From Eledone cirrhosa (Eukaryota), in contig OZ024750.1 in assembly GCA_964016885.1 (NCBI GenBank), forward strand, positions 25,172,001 to 25,236,000: 64,000 bases of DNA, read 5' to 3'. This document shows positions 51,336 to 64,000 of this stretch, piece by piece. The notes under the pieces were generated by a model. It worked only from the letters and a program-made list of their open reading frames with translations, did not search any database and was not told the origin of the DNA. Each line of letters opens with the position of its first letter. The first letter of the stretch is position 1. Made by a program: the position numbers and the translations under genes.

Positions 51336-53139
51336 ATTGCTGTAGGTGAAAATTCCTTGGTTAAAGTATTTAACTCTCAAGCCGGCAAGAGAACAAGTTC
51401 CATGCATTGAAATTCCACCTCATTTTTATCTAACCCCATATTTCTGGAGGTAATAATAATACATTTCATTATATCAATTCTAGAATGATAAAATTTAAAC
51501 ATGTCTTAGGTAAAATTTCAACCCCTATTGAAAGGGATGTAACTATATTTCATGACAAGCTGCCAGTTCTACCACCCAATGTCTTTTCTTTCATAAATAA
51601 TAAAAATAATGGATTTATTGTAAAATTAGACTTCAAGCTTTAGGCAAAATGAAGATTCTTTAAATTTACTTTAGCTTAACTGCCAACAAAATAGTTAATT
51701 TAGATGCAATGTTTGGAAAGGTTAAGTAAAAAATTTGAACTTTGTATATATTTGAAGAATCAATGATTCTTATTTTTGTATAGACTTTACCAGTAGTCCC
51801 TGTAATAAATATAAACACTAGAATTTTTTCCATATGCTGACATGTATGTGTATGTGTGTATCTATGTGCATATGCATACATTTATATGTATGAGTATATA
51901 AATATAAATGTGTAAACACAGACACACTTACAAAAATATACACTCACAGACATACATTCACACAAACACACACACATTCACACAAACACACACAAACACA
52001 CACAAACACACACACACATTTACACATACACATACACTCACACACACACATACACTCACACACAGCATAGTCTTTTCATCATCTCCTTCCTTCCTTTTAC
52101 ACATACATTCATTCATGCAGGCAGCAGATATAAAGAGAGAGGAGTAGTATGAGGTAGTCAAACTACTCCTCTCTCTTTACGTGTTGTGACAGAATTGCAG
52201 AAATTTATATATAGATTACCTGTAGCCCCGTAACATATGATTTCAGCCTAACAAAAGTTTAATTAGACATTTCAAAAGAGTCTGTGATAGTTAAGTTATA
52301 CCAGTTTTTATATAAATTAATTGTAGTATATAAAAACATTTTCAGAACTAGTGTTTGTTCAGTCACTTTAATTTCTTATTAACATTAGGAGTCATTCCTA
52401 TGCATTATTTTATCACTTAAGACTCAGCCAGTAATGTCAATTTAATGGATTTATATTTTATATTTTTTTTTACTTAAGATTTATTTCCATTTATTGATAG
52501 ATAGTGTAAAATTGCTTAAATTGTCAGACAGTTGTATTTCAAGATGTGTCTGTAGTGTTGTTAGTGATATGAGAAGATTACATCTCTTTACTATATCAGT
52601 CTTCATGGTAACTAAAACCAGATTCCACTAGATACGAAGTGAAAAAACAATATCAGGTAAATTTTACTTTCTCATAAACAAGTGGAAACATTTCCTAGCA
52701 ATTTCACTAGATTTCCATAAATTAGTTTGTCATGTTTGAATCTAGCTTTACCTGTCTTATCATTCTGTAATTCAATGTGGTTTTCTGGTAATTTCATGTC
52801 AATATAAGCTACTAAAATGTTGTAGTTTGCTTGAAGCATTTTATATAATATCTAATGTGGAAAGTGATATATATAAGAAGGCTAAACAATGTAAAATAGA
52901 TGTTAAGATGAAGGCAATGAAAACATTAGTTACCTGGTAATATATGATTTTTGTTGTTGTTGTTTCCTTCGTCCTAATATTTTTAATTTCAAAGAGAAGA
53001 GACTGGAACAGTCCAAAATATTAGGACATAAAAAAAAAACACACCAAAGATTACCAGGTGACTAACTTTTTTGTTTTCTTAATCTTACCATCCATTTTAT
53101 ATTGTTTAGCCTTATATATATATATCACTTTCCACATTA

Positions 53140-54330
53140 TATAAGCTACATATACCCTAAATATATCCACCATCCAATCTGGAATGTTCATCTCTTGCAA
53201 ATCCATTGAACCAAATTTTGATATCATTGTACACATGTTTTAAATACTCAACATACCCCCTCCCCACTCTCCGAAAGATTATCGTCTTTCTATGATGATG
53301 ATGATATTCAATGTCAATGTTAGCTAGGACTAGAAACTGAATCCACTCTTTGTTGCCTTAAATTAACTCTGAATAGCTTGAGTTTTTCAATAGAAGCAGT
53401 ACAGAGTCTTTGTAAGATATAGGATTACAGTTTTTACAGTTTTCTCCTTGTAATTGTTTGTTCAGCAAACTACAATATATATTTGTATATAAGCCAAGAA
53501 ATATCTGACAAAAAATTTGATGGTAAAGTAAGAGGTCAGCTTATATTCGGATCAGCTTATATTTGAGTATATATGATAAACTTTAACCCTTTAGCATTTA
53601 AACTGGCTGTGTCTGGCCAGAAATCTCTCACCTCTTTTTGTTCAAACCAGCCATAACCTACTGCTCATGCTGATGTTAAGGTATTGTTCTTAAAATAAAT
53701 ATCAAAATCTCATAGATTCGATATTATGTGAGATAAAGCTTTTACCGCGAAAATATAATGGTATATTTAGAGTATAATGTAAATGCTAAGGTGTTGAATA
53801 TTGTATTACACATTGTTCATATTGTATATTGTACTACAGGTCATATAACTACAATATTAGATATATTGTATTACATGTTATATAACTACAATATTAGATA
53901 TATTGTATTACATGTTATATATACATCGTAGATTCAATATTATGTGAGATAATTATGTGAAATAAAGTGTTTGCCGAGAAAATACAATAGTATATACAGA
54001 GTAATATAAATGGTAAAGTGTTAAGCTTTGTAATGTATCTGAGAGGTAGAATATATCAGTAAGCAGTAACTAGCTGTTCCCCACAAGCTGCTTATTAAAA
54101 ATTGACCCAATACTGTCCCAATGTTCCATGAAGTCAGATAGACAATAAAATTACTTTTTCTTAGCTTCTGTATCTGTGTATGCCTCAGAAGGTGTTTGAA
54201 CTTTTGGTCATTTTTGTAACAAAGTTCATGAAAAATATTATCTTGAATGGAAGCACATTGGTTCGGCAAACCAAAGATGTGAGTTCCTTTCCCATGTATA
54301 TCAATACTCATCCTTTTTCTATTCAGAGGG
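53140..54330 (-). pseudogene. Decayed hAT (Charlie/SCAND3-like) transposase, interrupted by piggyBac MITEs (53587-53792, ~53925-54020)
   Basis: Collinear blocks FHELCYKNDQKFKHLLRHTQI (cf. LLLHTEVRWLSKG), LLNKQLQG, IEKLKLF, YVEYLKHVYNDIKIWF/DLQEMNIPDWMVDIF. Confidence 0.75.
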
Positions 54331-54667
54331 TTTTTTAAATCGCAACTAACAGACTAATTGTATTTAATCAAATGCAGCGTAAGCACATGTTACTACTTAT
54401 TTATAATCTTAAAGTACATATGATTTGTTAGCAGATTTTATTACAATTATATGAGAATCTTATAGACATACTCTTAATTATTTACAACCTAATGTTGTTG
54501 GTAAACCACACAATGTGGTTTAACCACACCCTCATAAAAAAAACACTATCTTGCATCATTTCTTAAAATAAGCAATGAATCACTCCTTTCTACCTTATGT
54601 AGTTAAACTAGACATATTTCAAAGTGGAATCCTTTATGTTGTGTCTTTTACCTCTTCCAGTTATATA

Positions 54668-54990
54668 TCATCATCATTTTACGTCCACTTTTCCCTGCTT
54701 GCAAGGGTGGGACGGGAACTGATTCTGGCTTGATTTCTACAGCTGGATGCCCTTCCTAACACCAACCTCATTTACAGTGAGTGCTGGGTGCTTTTTTGCC
54801 GTGGCACCTCCACGACCACTTTGCAGTGGAATGATAGTCCCTATCATCTCATTTCTATAGCTGAGTAAACTGGAGCAATGTGAAATAAAGTGTCTTGCTC
54901 AAGGAAACAACATATCACCCGGTCCGAGAATTGAACTCACAATCTTTCGATTGCAAAGCCAATACTCTAACCATTAAGCCATGTGCCTCC
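54668..54990 (-). mobile_element. SINE family A, full length
   Basis: Reverse complement of the consensus; small deletion in the internal hairpin. Confidence 0.9.
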
Positions 54991-55110
54991 ATATGGGTTA
55001 AATATGGGTTGATGGGTTGAAAACCATGTTGAGATGTATTGCTATTGTTGTTACATTTTATATAACTGCCTTTCATTGGTTAGCCATTGAAGCATGAGGG
55101 AGATTAATAC

Positions 55111-55141
<31 letters not shown>

Positions 55142-55216
55142 TGTATATATATGGGCAATGTTATGGCTATGAGGTTAAGAGGTTTGTTTTACGAGCACAT
55201 AGTTTTGGGTTCAATC

Positions 55217-55268
<52 letters not shown>

Positions 55269-55435
55269 TCTTTTACCTATTCCAGCCATCCGGCTGAGGC
55301 CATGCTGGGGCAACACCCTGTGTGTGTTTGTTTCTGTGCCATAACTTAGTGGTTTGACAAATAGAGATTAATAAAACAAGTACTAGACTTTAAAATACAT
55401 ACTGGAGTCTATATGACTGATATCATTAAAAGAAT

Positions 55436-55489
<54 letters not shown>

Positions 55490-56974
55490 TCACCATCATC
55501 ACCATGACCACTACCACCATTTAACATCCATTTTCCACGCTAGCATGGGTTAGATGGGCTGTCCTGTTGTGAGACAAGTTAAATCAAACACCCGTTTCTG
55601 GCTTGGTTTCTACACCTGGTAGACATTTAATATCCATTCTTCCTGCTAATATTTAATCAGTGAACATTATGAACTATATTATTTTCAGATTTTGAGTCTT
55701 AATTTTTATTTAATTTACTGAAGAAAATTATTTCTGCAGTATTTTTAATGACTTCATTGATGGTTTTTGAATATAATTTATTTCATCATTGAGACACGAC
55801 CATGTGGAATGTTGTGTTTTTAACTGACAATAGTCCATCCCATGAGAAAATAACTGGAAAGGTTTATATTTCATAAAAAAATACATTCTTTGAATAATTG
55901 TCCTATTGTATATATATTTCTGAATGTTGTGTATCTTACCTATATCTAGATCCTGTTACTATAATCTCTCTTTAAATAGAACAGTTGTTTATTTATTTTA
56001 ATATATGAACTAGGAGAATGACATTGAAATCATACCTTAAGTTGGATGAAAATAGAAGCCAAAATATACCCGGGTGAATAGAGGTTAACAACTAAACCAG
56101 CTTTACATTCCTTTGCTATTTGACTCTTACTAAATATCTTTATAAGAATTGTTAAGTGTTCTCCATTTCTTTGTTAGTAAGCCCAATGGGATTAATTTGT
56201 TGAAATAAATAATTTTGTTTATTATAAAAAGTAGAGAAATTTGTTTTTTTCATAACAAATAAATTTTAATTGCATTATATAATGTTTGTTATAAAAAAAG
56301 AAAAAAGAAATAGGAAGAGAATTAAATATTGAAAGTAAGGGTAAGTGGGAGTGAGGGTGGAGGGTTGCGGCAGACTGTACACCCCTGTCTAGGGAGTATA
56401 TCTCAGTTGTGTCCAGCAGACAAAAAAGTGAAAGTATTACCATGGAAAACTACCAGCAATACTTGCTGAATCAGCCACCCCACCTCACAAGGCTCCTTAT
56501 TTAGGCAGGATGCACTGCTCCCAGTTTTGCAGAGGAAAGCTGCAATTCAGGGATCATGGACATCAGAGGTCTTAACAGTGACTAGCTCAAAAAGGAAGGG
56601 ATCAAGGACATCAGAGGTCACATCAGTAACTGACTCAAAAGGGTAGGAAGGGATCAAGGACACTAGAGGTCTTAACACTGACTGGCTCAAAAAGGAAGGG
56701 GCCAAGGATATTACAGGTAGCAATGTCCAGATTTGTGGTTAAAGCGACAAGGTTGGAGTTGGAGAATGTGTCATAACATGTGGTATCCCAGATTAGAGAT
56801 TGGCCTTCTTTGATCTAGTTTAGAAACCCGTAATTTGAGATTTAACTAATTTAATAGAAAAAATAATAGAAATCAAGGCAAAAATATAAAATAAAATAAA
56901 AACAACTAAAAAAACAAACAAACAAACAAAGCAAAATACAACACAGGAAAAGTAACCCTAGAGAATTGTAAACT

Positions 56975-57163
56975 AATAATTGTTTCTACTTTTTGGCACA
57001 AGGCCAGCAAATACCCAGTACATTACTGGTACTTAATTTTATCGACCCCGTAAGAATGAAAGGCAAAGTTAACCTCGACGGGATTTGAACTCAGATCGTA
57101 AAGGGATGTAACTATGCTGGAAAGCATGGCGTCCGACCCTCTACCGATACTGCCAATTCACCT
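56975..57163 (-). mobile_element. SINE family B copy
   Basis: Consensus match; ctaataa on both sides. Confidence 0.85.
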
Positions 57164-58893
57164 AATAAGGTTGACTTATTAATTTTGAGAATTATAAGAT
57201 GTTTGGCAACTTTTACTTATAAATTGTTATATGATCCAGTCTTAATGTTAGAAAGGAAATCTTATTAATATTTTTCCTCCTAAATTCTTTCATCCTTGAC
57301 ACAGTTTTCACTGGCCTCTTTCAACATTTCACCCTCTTGTCAACTTTGACCTAAATTATCGCTGTATACCACTGTATACCATATACCATATTACCACTGT
57401 ATACCATATTTAATGACTTACAAGGGGAGCCTCTACTCAGCCTCTCAGCCTACTAGAAATAGCTGCCAAATCTCCTATAAATCACTGTCTGTTTTCTTTA
57501 AAATGATGGTCATTTTGTTGTCCTGGTTTACAGTTTGAAACAAAGGATGAGATCATAATTGGAATCATAGGTCTACTTGACCAGGGCTCAACACAGGTCT
57601 GCTTGGTCAGGGCTCAACACAGATCTGCTTGATCAGGGCTAATATAGGTCTGCTTGATCACTGCTCAACACAGGTCTGCTTGATCAGGGCTTAACTTCCT
57701 CTATATAAACAACCTCCACTATATAAACACCAACCTCCACTGTATTGCCACCATCATTTTATTACTTTAAAAATCAGCTTCTCCAATCTAGTTTTGAATT
57801 GAAGAATCTGAAGAAAATCCATATGGATAAGACTGTTGAAACGAGTGTTGATAATAGCTGCTCTTTAAACCCTGTAATGACATATTAGGAATGTATTAGT
57901 AAGTGTGGGTAGTGTCTATTTATTCAAAGTATCTTAATCAAGAGGTTGAAGAGAAGAGAATGTTTACAGCATTCTCGTCTATACTCCAACCTATTTATCA
58001 TAAATAAATAAATTTAAAAAACAGAGACTGTTTCAAGAGATAAAGTATTCATCAACATTTAAGTCTTAATATTAACAACATGGTAATATAAAAAAAAATC
58101 TGTGCATGTGCATGCACATACATACATATATGCATGCTAATGCATGCATATATTTTCTAGCAATAACAAAATATTTATGCATATACATGCATGTTAAATA
58201 AATGTCCATTATCATATGCTAGCATGGAAGATAGACGTTAAACGTTGATGATGAGGTTAGTCTCTTTATATATATATATATATATGTTTATATAATCTAT
58301 TAAACCTGGTACCAATATACATACAAGGCAAGCAAAATAAGTGAACTTTTCTGTGGCTGCTCAACCTGGTAGGAATAGTAGCCAAATCCCACCCTACCCA
58401 CTTTAAAAAGAAGGATACAGATAATGTATCACTGTCAGAATAATAGATACAATGGTCATGTGTGGAACGTATTTGATAGTAAATGTGTTTGATGACAACA
58501 GACCTTGGGTCTAAACCACATATACTTAACTACCTGTATTTCAATATATGTAGAGGGAAAAAAAACTAGTGTTGAGATGTTTTCTGATATTTTGGAGATA
58601 TTAAGTGAAGATTAAAGAAAATATTTAGGTTTTCTTTGATTTTCTTGGATTCTTCTTCCTGAAGCATGTAGTTATACCAATATTGATTATTTTCTTCTTC
58701 TTCGATAATCGAAAGGATAGAAGAATTTATAGGAATATCTAATTATCTATAAAGAAAGAAACTGCATTCTTTATTTCCTTCAGTTATAGAATATATTCTT
58801 ACAACAAAAATGTAGAAATTAAAAAGAAAACCCCAAAACTATTTTTCTGTTGATTTGTAGAAATGTTAATGATTGCAATGAAATAGACGAATG

Positions 58894-59427
58894 TTAGTCA
58901 TTTGTAAATGGCCAAGATGTATTGACTAATGCTAGCATATCCCCTATTTCAGCTACAGATCTATTAACTAATGCTGGTAGATCTTCTAGATGAGTTACAG
59001 ATCTATTAACTAATACTGGTAGATACTCGAGATGAGTTACAGTTGTATTGACTAACGCTGCTAGAACCTCTAGATGTGCTACGGATGTTTTCACTAATGC
59101 TAGCAGATCCTCTATTTCAACTACAGATGTATTAACTAATTGCTGGCAAATCCTCTAGATGAGCTACAGATTTATTAACTAATGCTGGTAGAACCTCTAG
59201 ATGTGTAACAGATGTAGTAGCTAATGCTGGCAGAACCTTTAGATGAATTACAAATGTATTGACTAATGCTGGTAGAACACTTAGATGTGCTGCAGTTGTT
59301 TTCACTAATGCTAGCAGATCCTCTATTTTAGCTACAGTTGTATTAACTAATGTTGGCAGATCCTCTAGATGAGCTACAGATGTATTGATTAATGCTGGTA
59401 GATCCTCTAGATGAATTACAGATGAAC
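58894..59427 (-). other. 42-bp x12 diverged repeat; candidate exon/pseudo-exon encoding a 14-aa repeat
   Basis: One minus frame is stop-free apart from a single 1-nt insertion at ~59140; consensus SVAHLEDLPALVNT; AG acceptor just upstream. Confidence 0.4.
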
Positions 59428-59875
59428 CTAATTAAAGGGATCAATATCAAATATTTTATTCCGTAAGAAATATATCCTGTTATTTGTGGTTAAATTGTTA
59501 AAGCTACATATCCTATTAAATATATTCATTGTGTTTCTGAGTAATGTATCTTTATAGATTGGGAGAAGCTAAACAGTAACTAATCATTATTTTATATCAA
59601 CTTTCTCTGCTGACATGGGTTGGGTGAGTCATCCTGCTCTGAGTAATTTCTTATTCAGGAGTTACTGACATCCTAGTAAAGTTATAGAACCACATCTTGT
59701 TCATATGTTGCATTTCTGGCATTGTTTCTATAGCATCAACCACTTTACAGAAGCTACTGGATACAATTTATGATAGCACCAGCACTAAAGAGGCTGTCAT
59801 CTACTTGGCACGACTAAAGTGTCCTTTCTAACTTATGAGGTCTCTGTTTATTTATCAACCTCTTTAGAGAGTGAT

Positions 59876-62320
59876 GATAAAACCCACACCTGCCATAGGT
59901 GTAACAACCTCTCTAGTGTTGGTGCCATGATAAAACCCATACCTGCCATAGGTGTAACAACCTCTTTAGTGTTGGTGCCATGATAAAACCCATACCTGCC
60001 ATAGGTGTAACAACCTCTTTAGTGATGGTGCCATGATAAAACCCATACCTGCCATAGGTGTAACAACCTCTTTAGTGATGGTGCCATGATAAAACCCACA
60101 CCTGCCATAGGTGTAACAACCTCTTTGGTGATGGTGCCATGATAAAACCCATACCTGCCATAGGTGTAACAACCTCTCTAGTGTTAGGCCATGATAAAAC
60201 CCATACCTGCCATAGGTGTAACAACCTCTCTAGTGTTGGTGCCATGATAAAACCCATACCTGCCATAGGTGTAACAACCTCTCTAGTGTTGGTGCCATGA
60301 TAAAACCCACACCTGCCATAGGTGTAACAACCTCTTTAGTGATGGTGCCATGATAAAACCCATACCTGCCATAGGTGTAACAACCTCTCTAGTGTTGGTG
60401 CCATGATAAAACCCATACCTTCCATAGGTGTAACAACCTCTCTAGTGTTGGTGCCATGATAAAACCCACACCTGCCATAGGTGTAACAACCTCTTTAGTG
60501 ATGGTGCCATGATAAAACCCATACCTGCTATAGGTGTAACAACCTCTCTAGTGTTGGTGCCATGATAAAACCCATACCTGCCATAGGTGTAACAACCTCT
60601 CTAGTGTTGGTGCCATGATAAAACCCATACCTGCCATAGGTGTAACAACCTCTCTAGTGTTGGTGCCATGATAAAACCCATACCTGCCATAGGTGTAACA
60701 ACCTCTCTAGTGTTGGTGCCATGATAAAACCCACACCTGCCATAGGTGTAACAACCTCTCTAGTGTTGGTGCCATGATAAAACCGACACCTGCCATAGGT
60801 GTAACAACCTCTCTAGTGATGGTGCCATGATAAAACCCACACCTGCCATAGGTGTAACAACCTCTCTAGTGTTAGTGCCATGATAAAACCCACACCTGCC
60901 ATAGGTGTAACAACCTCTCTAGTGTTGGTGCCATGATAAAACCCACACCTGCCATAGGTGTAACAACCTCTTTAGTGATGGTGCCATGATAAAACCCACA
61001 CCTGCCATAGGTGTAACAACCTCTCTAGTGTTGGTGCCATGATAAAACCCACACCTGCCATAGGTGTAACAACCTCTCTAGTGTTGGTGCCATGATAAAA
61101 CCCACACCTGCCATAGGTGTAACAACCTCTTTAGTGATGGTGCCATGATAAAACCCACACCTGCCATAGGTGTAACAACCTCTCTAGTGATGGTGCCATG
61201 ATAAAACCCACACCTGCCATAGGTGTAACAACCTCTCTAGTGATGGTGCCATGATAAAACCCACACCTGCCATAGGTGTAACAACCTCTTTAGTGATGGT
61301 GCCATGATAAAACCCATACCTGCCATAGGTGTAACAACCTCTCTAGTGATGGTGCCATGATAAAACCCATACCTGCCATAGGTGTAACAACCTCTCTAGT
61401 GATGGTGCCATGATAAAACCCACACCTGCCATAGGTGTAACAACCTCTCTAGTGATGGTGCCATGATAAAACCCACACCTGCCATAGGTGTAACAACCTC
61501 TCTAGTGATGGTGCCATGATAAAACCCACACCTGCCATAGGTGTAACAACCTCTCTAGTGATGGTGCCATGATAAAACCCACACCTGCCATAGGTGTAAC
61601 AACCTCTTTAGTGATGGTGCCATGATAAAACCCATACCTGCCATAGGTGTAACAACCTCTCTAGTGATGGTGCCATGATAAAACCCATACCTGCCATAGG
61701 TGTAACAACCTCTCTAGTGATGGTGCCATGATAAAACCCACACCTGCCATAGGTGTAACAACCTCTCTAGTGATGGTGCCATGATAAAACCCACACCTGC
61801 CATAGGTGTAACAACCTCTCTAGTGATGGTGCCATGATAAAACCCACACCTGCCATAGGTGTAACAACCTCTTTAGTGATGGTGCCATGATAAAACCCAT
61901 ACCTGCCATAGGTGTAACAACCTCTTTAGTGTTGGTGCCATGATAAAACCCACACCTGCCATAGGTGTAACAACCTCTTTAGTGATGGTGCCATGATAAA
62001 ACCCACACCTGCCATAGGTGTAACAACCTCTCTAGTGTTGGTGCCATGATAAAACCCACACCTGCCATAGGTGTAACAACCTCTTTAGTGATGGTGCCAT
62101 GATAAAACCCATACCTGCCATAGGTGTAACAACCTCTTTAGTGATGGTGCCATGCTAAAACCCATACCTGCCATAGGTGTAACAACCTCTTTAGTGATGG
62201 TGCCATGCTAAAACCCATACCTGCCATAGGTGTAACAACCTCTTTAGTGATGGTGCCATGATAAAACCCATACCTGCCATAGGTGTAACAACCTCTCTAG
62301 TGTTGGTGCCATGATAAAAT
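59876..62320. repeat. 53-bp satellite, about 46 copies
   Basis: gataaaaccca(c/t)acctgccataggtgtaacaacctct(c/t)tagtg(a/t)tggtgccat; followed by an RTE-type tail at ~62480-62535. Confidence 0.97.
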
Positions 62321-63084
62321 CCATACGGTAAATTCCACGAATGTATGTGAGTATTATGCAGGCCTCTAACCTGTCTGAGCACTTGGTAAAGTGTGAGAAC
62401 ATATGTAGGCGAGACATGGGTCCCCTGTATATTTGAGTGGTCAGTAGCTCTGTTGACCACTGACTTGGTCTATGATGACTCATTCAACCCTTACTAATAG
62501 GGAAAATGGATGTTAAATGATGATGATGATGATGACTTATAAATTACTCAGAGCTATGACATAAATCTAAAATGAAGAAATATAATTGAAAGAACAAATA
62601 TTTCAAAGATGACATAAAGATGAACTCTTGTTTGCTTTTATACTCACTGTGTTATATATGTCAACACTAACTTAACTATTGTGTTTCTTACAGATAGCAT
62701 CCCTGAGAATTTAACCTTGGGGATATATTTGTTTTTCATATCTTTTATTGAGAACTCACATCCATGTCTTAAACAATATTTCTTTGGACTGATTGGCAGA
62801 ATCTACCGCTTCATCTTTCAAATCATTGGCAGAATCTCCTGCTTCGTCTTTTCATTGTTTGCCGGATCTACTGCTTTTCTTTCAAATGATTAATCATTTT
62901 ATTTATAGATTGCCAAGTCTTTTATCAAAGATTATTTTTATTGTTTTCTTGAGCAAAGATGGAATTGTTTCATCTATAATTTTTAACATAATTTTTTTAA
63001 TCACCTACTTATCAAACCCTTTTGTTATATCACTGCCTTGTGTAGTTGTAGGCTTTCTTTAATGGTTTCTGATTCAAACACAAA

Positions 63085-63270
63085 ACCACCAAATTTTAGA
63101 GGAGGGGTAAGTCGATTAAATTGACTCCTGTACATTACTGGTACTTTATTTTATCGACCCTGTAAGGATGAAAGGCAAAGCTAACATTGGCGAGATTTGA
63201 ACTTAGAATATAAAGAGCTGTAACTATCTGCAGCAATGCATGTTGTTTGACACTCTACCAATTACAGCCA
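63085..63270 (-). mobile_element. Older SINE family B copy
   Basis: tttattttatcgaccctgtaaggatgaaaggcaaag core. Confidence 0.75.
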
Positions 63271-63729
63271 TATATAATGAATGTTATGGTCAATAGTCTT
63301 GTATCTAGAATGTAACAACTTTAATCCTTCTGTTTCATATAATATTTTATACAGTATCTTCTATTTCAATACCTTTGGCAATGTTGAACTTTAATGACTG
63401 TACTACATGTACTACATGCCATTATTTTGAACTGTTTCCAAAGAAAGAATATATTTATACATACAATATATTTGTTATGTGTAAGTAAGTAAGACTTCCT
63501 TTACAAAAGTGAATATCCTGAGAGAGGTAGTGTGTATGTAATTGAAGAAGGAGAGTGTGACAAACATTGAGTATTTGACACTGCAAGAACACTTAAACAC
63601 TGATGTTCTTCCTATTCTAAAGGACAGATTATTTCTTATCATCATCGCCGTCGTCATCATCATTTAATGTCTGTTTTCCCTGCTAGCATGGGTTCTGTAT
63701 ATTAAGTAAAACAAAATATAACAATTATA

Positions 63730-64000
63730 ATCATCACCATCATTGCCGTTTTACGTCCATTCTTCCACGTTAGCATGTGTTAGACGAATTGTCCTGTTGT
63801 GGGCAATGCCTTGCTTATACAGAACTTATTTTGGCTTAGTTTCTGCAGCTGGATGCCCTTCCTAATGCCAACCTCATTTACAGTGCGTACTGGGTGCTTT
63901 TTGTCATGATACCTACACGACCACTTTACAGTGTAGACTGGGTGCTTTTTGTTCTGACACCTACACGACCACTTTACACTGAGGACTGGGCGCTTTTTGT
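63730..64000 (-). mobile_element. RTE-tailed element with start of another 48-bp module array (runs off the window)
   Basis: ggatgcccttcctaatgcc followed by repeated cactttacagtg..ctgggtgctttttgt units. Confidence 0.8.

Noticed and set aside
52600-52660. Exon-like segment between tatatcAG and CAG|gtaaat
   Set aside because: Stops in all three frames and no supporting context; at most a non-coding exon.
56340-56800. GC-richer island with ~50-bp internal repeats, possible LTR fragment
   Set aside because: No TG...CA ends, PBS/PPT, TSD or second copy visible.
59876-62320. CRISPR-like appearance of the hairpin-containing 53-bp array (also 48/49-bp and 17.8-kb arrays)
   Set aside because: No unique spacers, no cas genes, eukaryotic context; plain tandem repeats.

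Overview
AT-rich, repeat-saturated eukaryotic non-coding DNA (large intron or intergenic). The microsatellite load and SINE/RTE repertoire resemble an octopus (coleoid cephalopod) genome; this is inference. No host protein-coding gene can be assigned, and nearly all listed ORFs are translations of simple or tandem repeats. The only long real ORF is a 5'-truncated, stop-free RTE-clade LINE ORF2 (11514-12757, minus) carrying RT plus an inserted PHD-like C4HC3 finger. Other mobile elements: further RTE 3' fragments, L1/Tx1-like 3' ends in (GATA)n, a CRE-clade RLE fragment, a decayed hAT transposase, piggyBac- and hAT-type MITEs, a non-autonomous Helitron, and two abundant tRNA-derived SINE families. 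Main hunt results: (1) type I hammerhead ribozyme motifs (two with intact cores, one degenerate, several half copies) in short Penelope/retrozyme-like elements whose fold-backs and truncations fall at stem II; (2) one ~50-bp structured module shared by SINE bodies and RTE 3' UTRs that repeatedly seeds tandem arrays; (3) SINEs re-inserting at the same target site; (4) a 42-bp repeat that reads as a 14-aa, N-glycosylation-sequon-rich peptide repeat.
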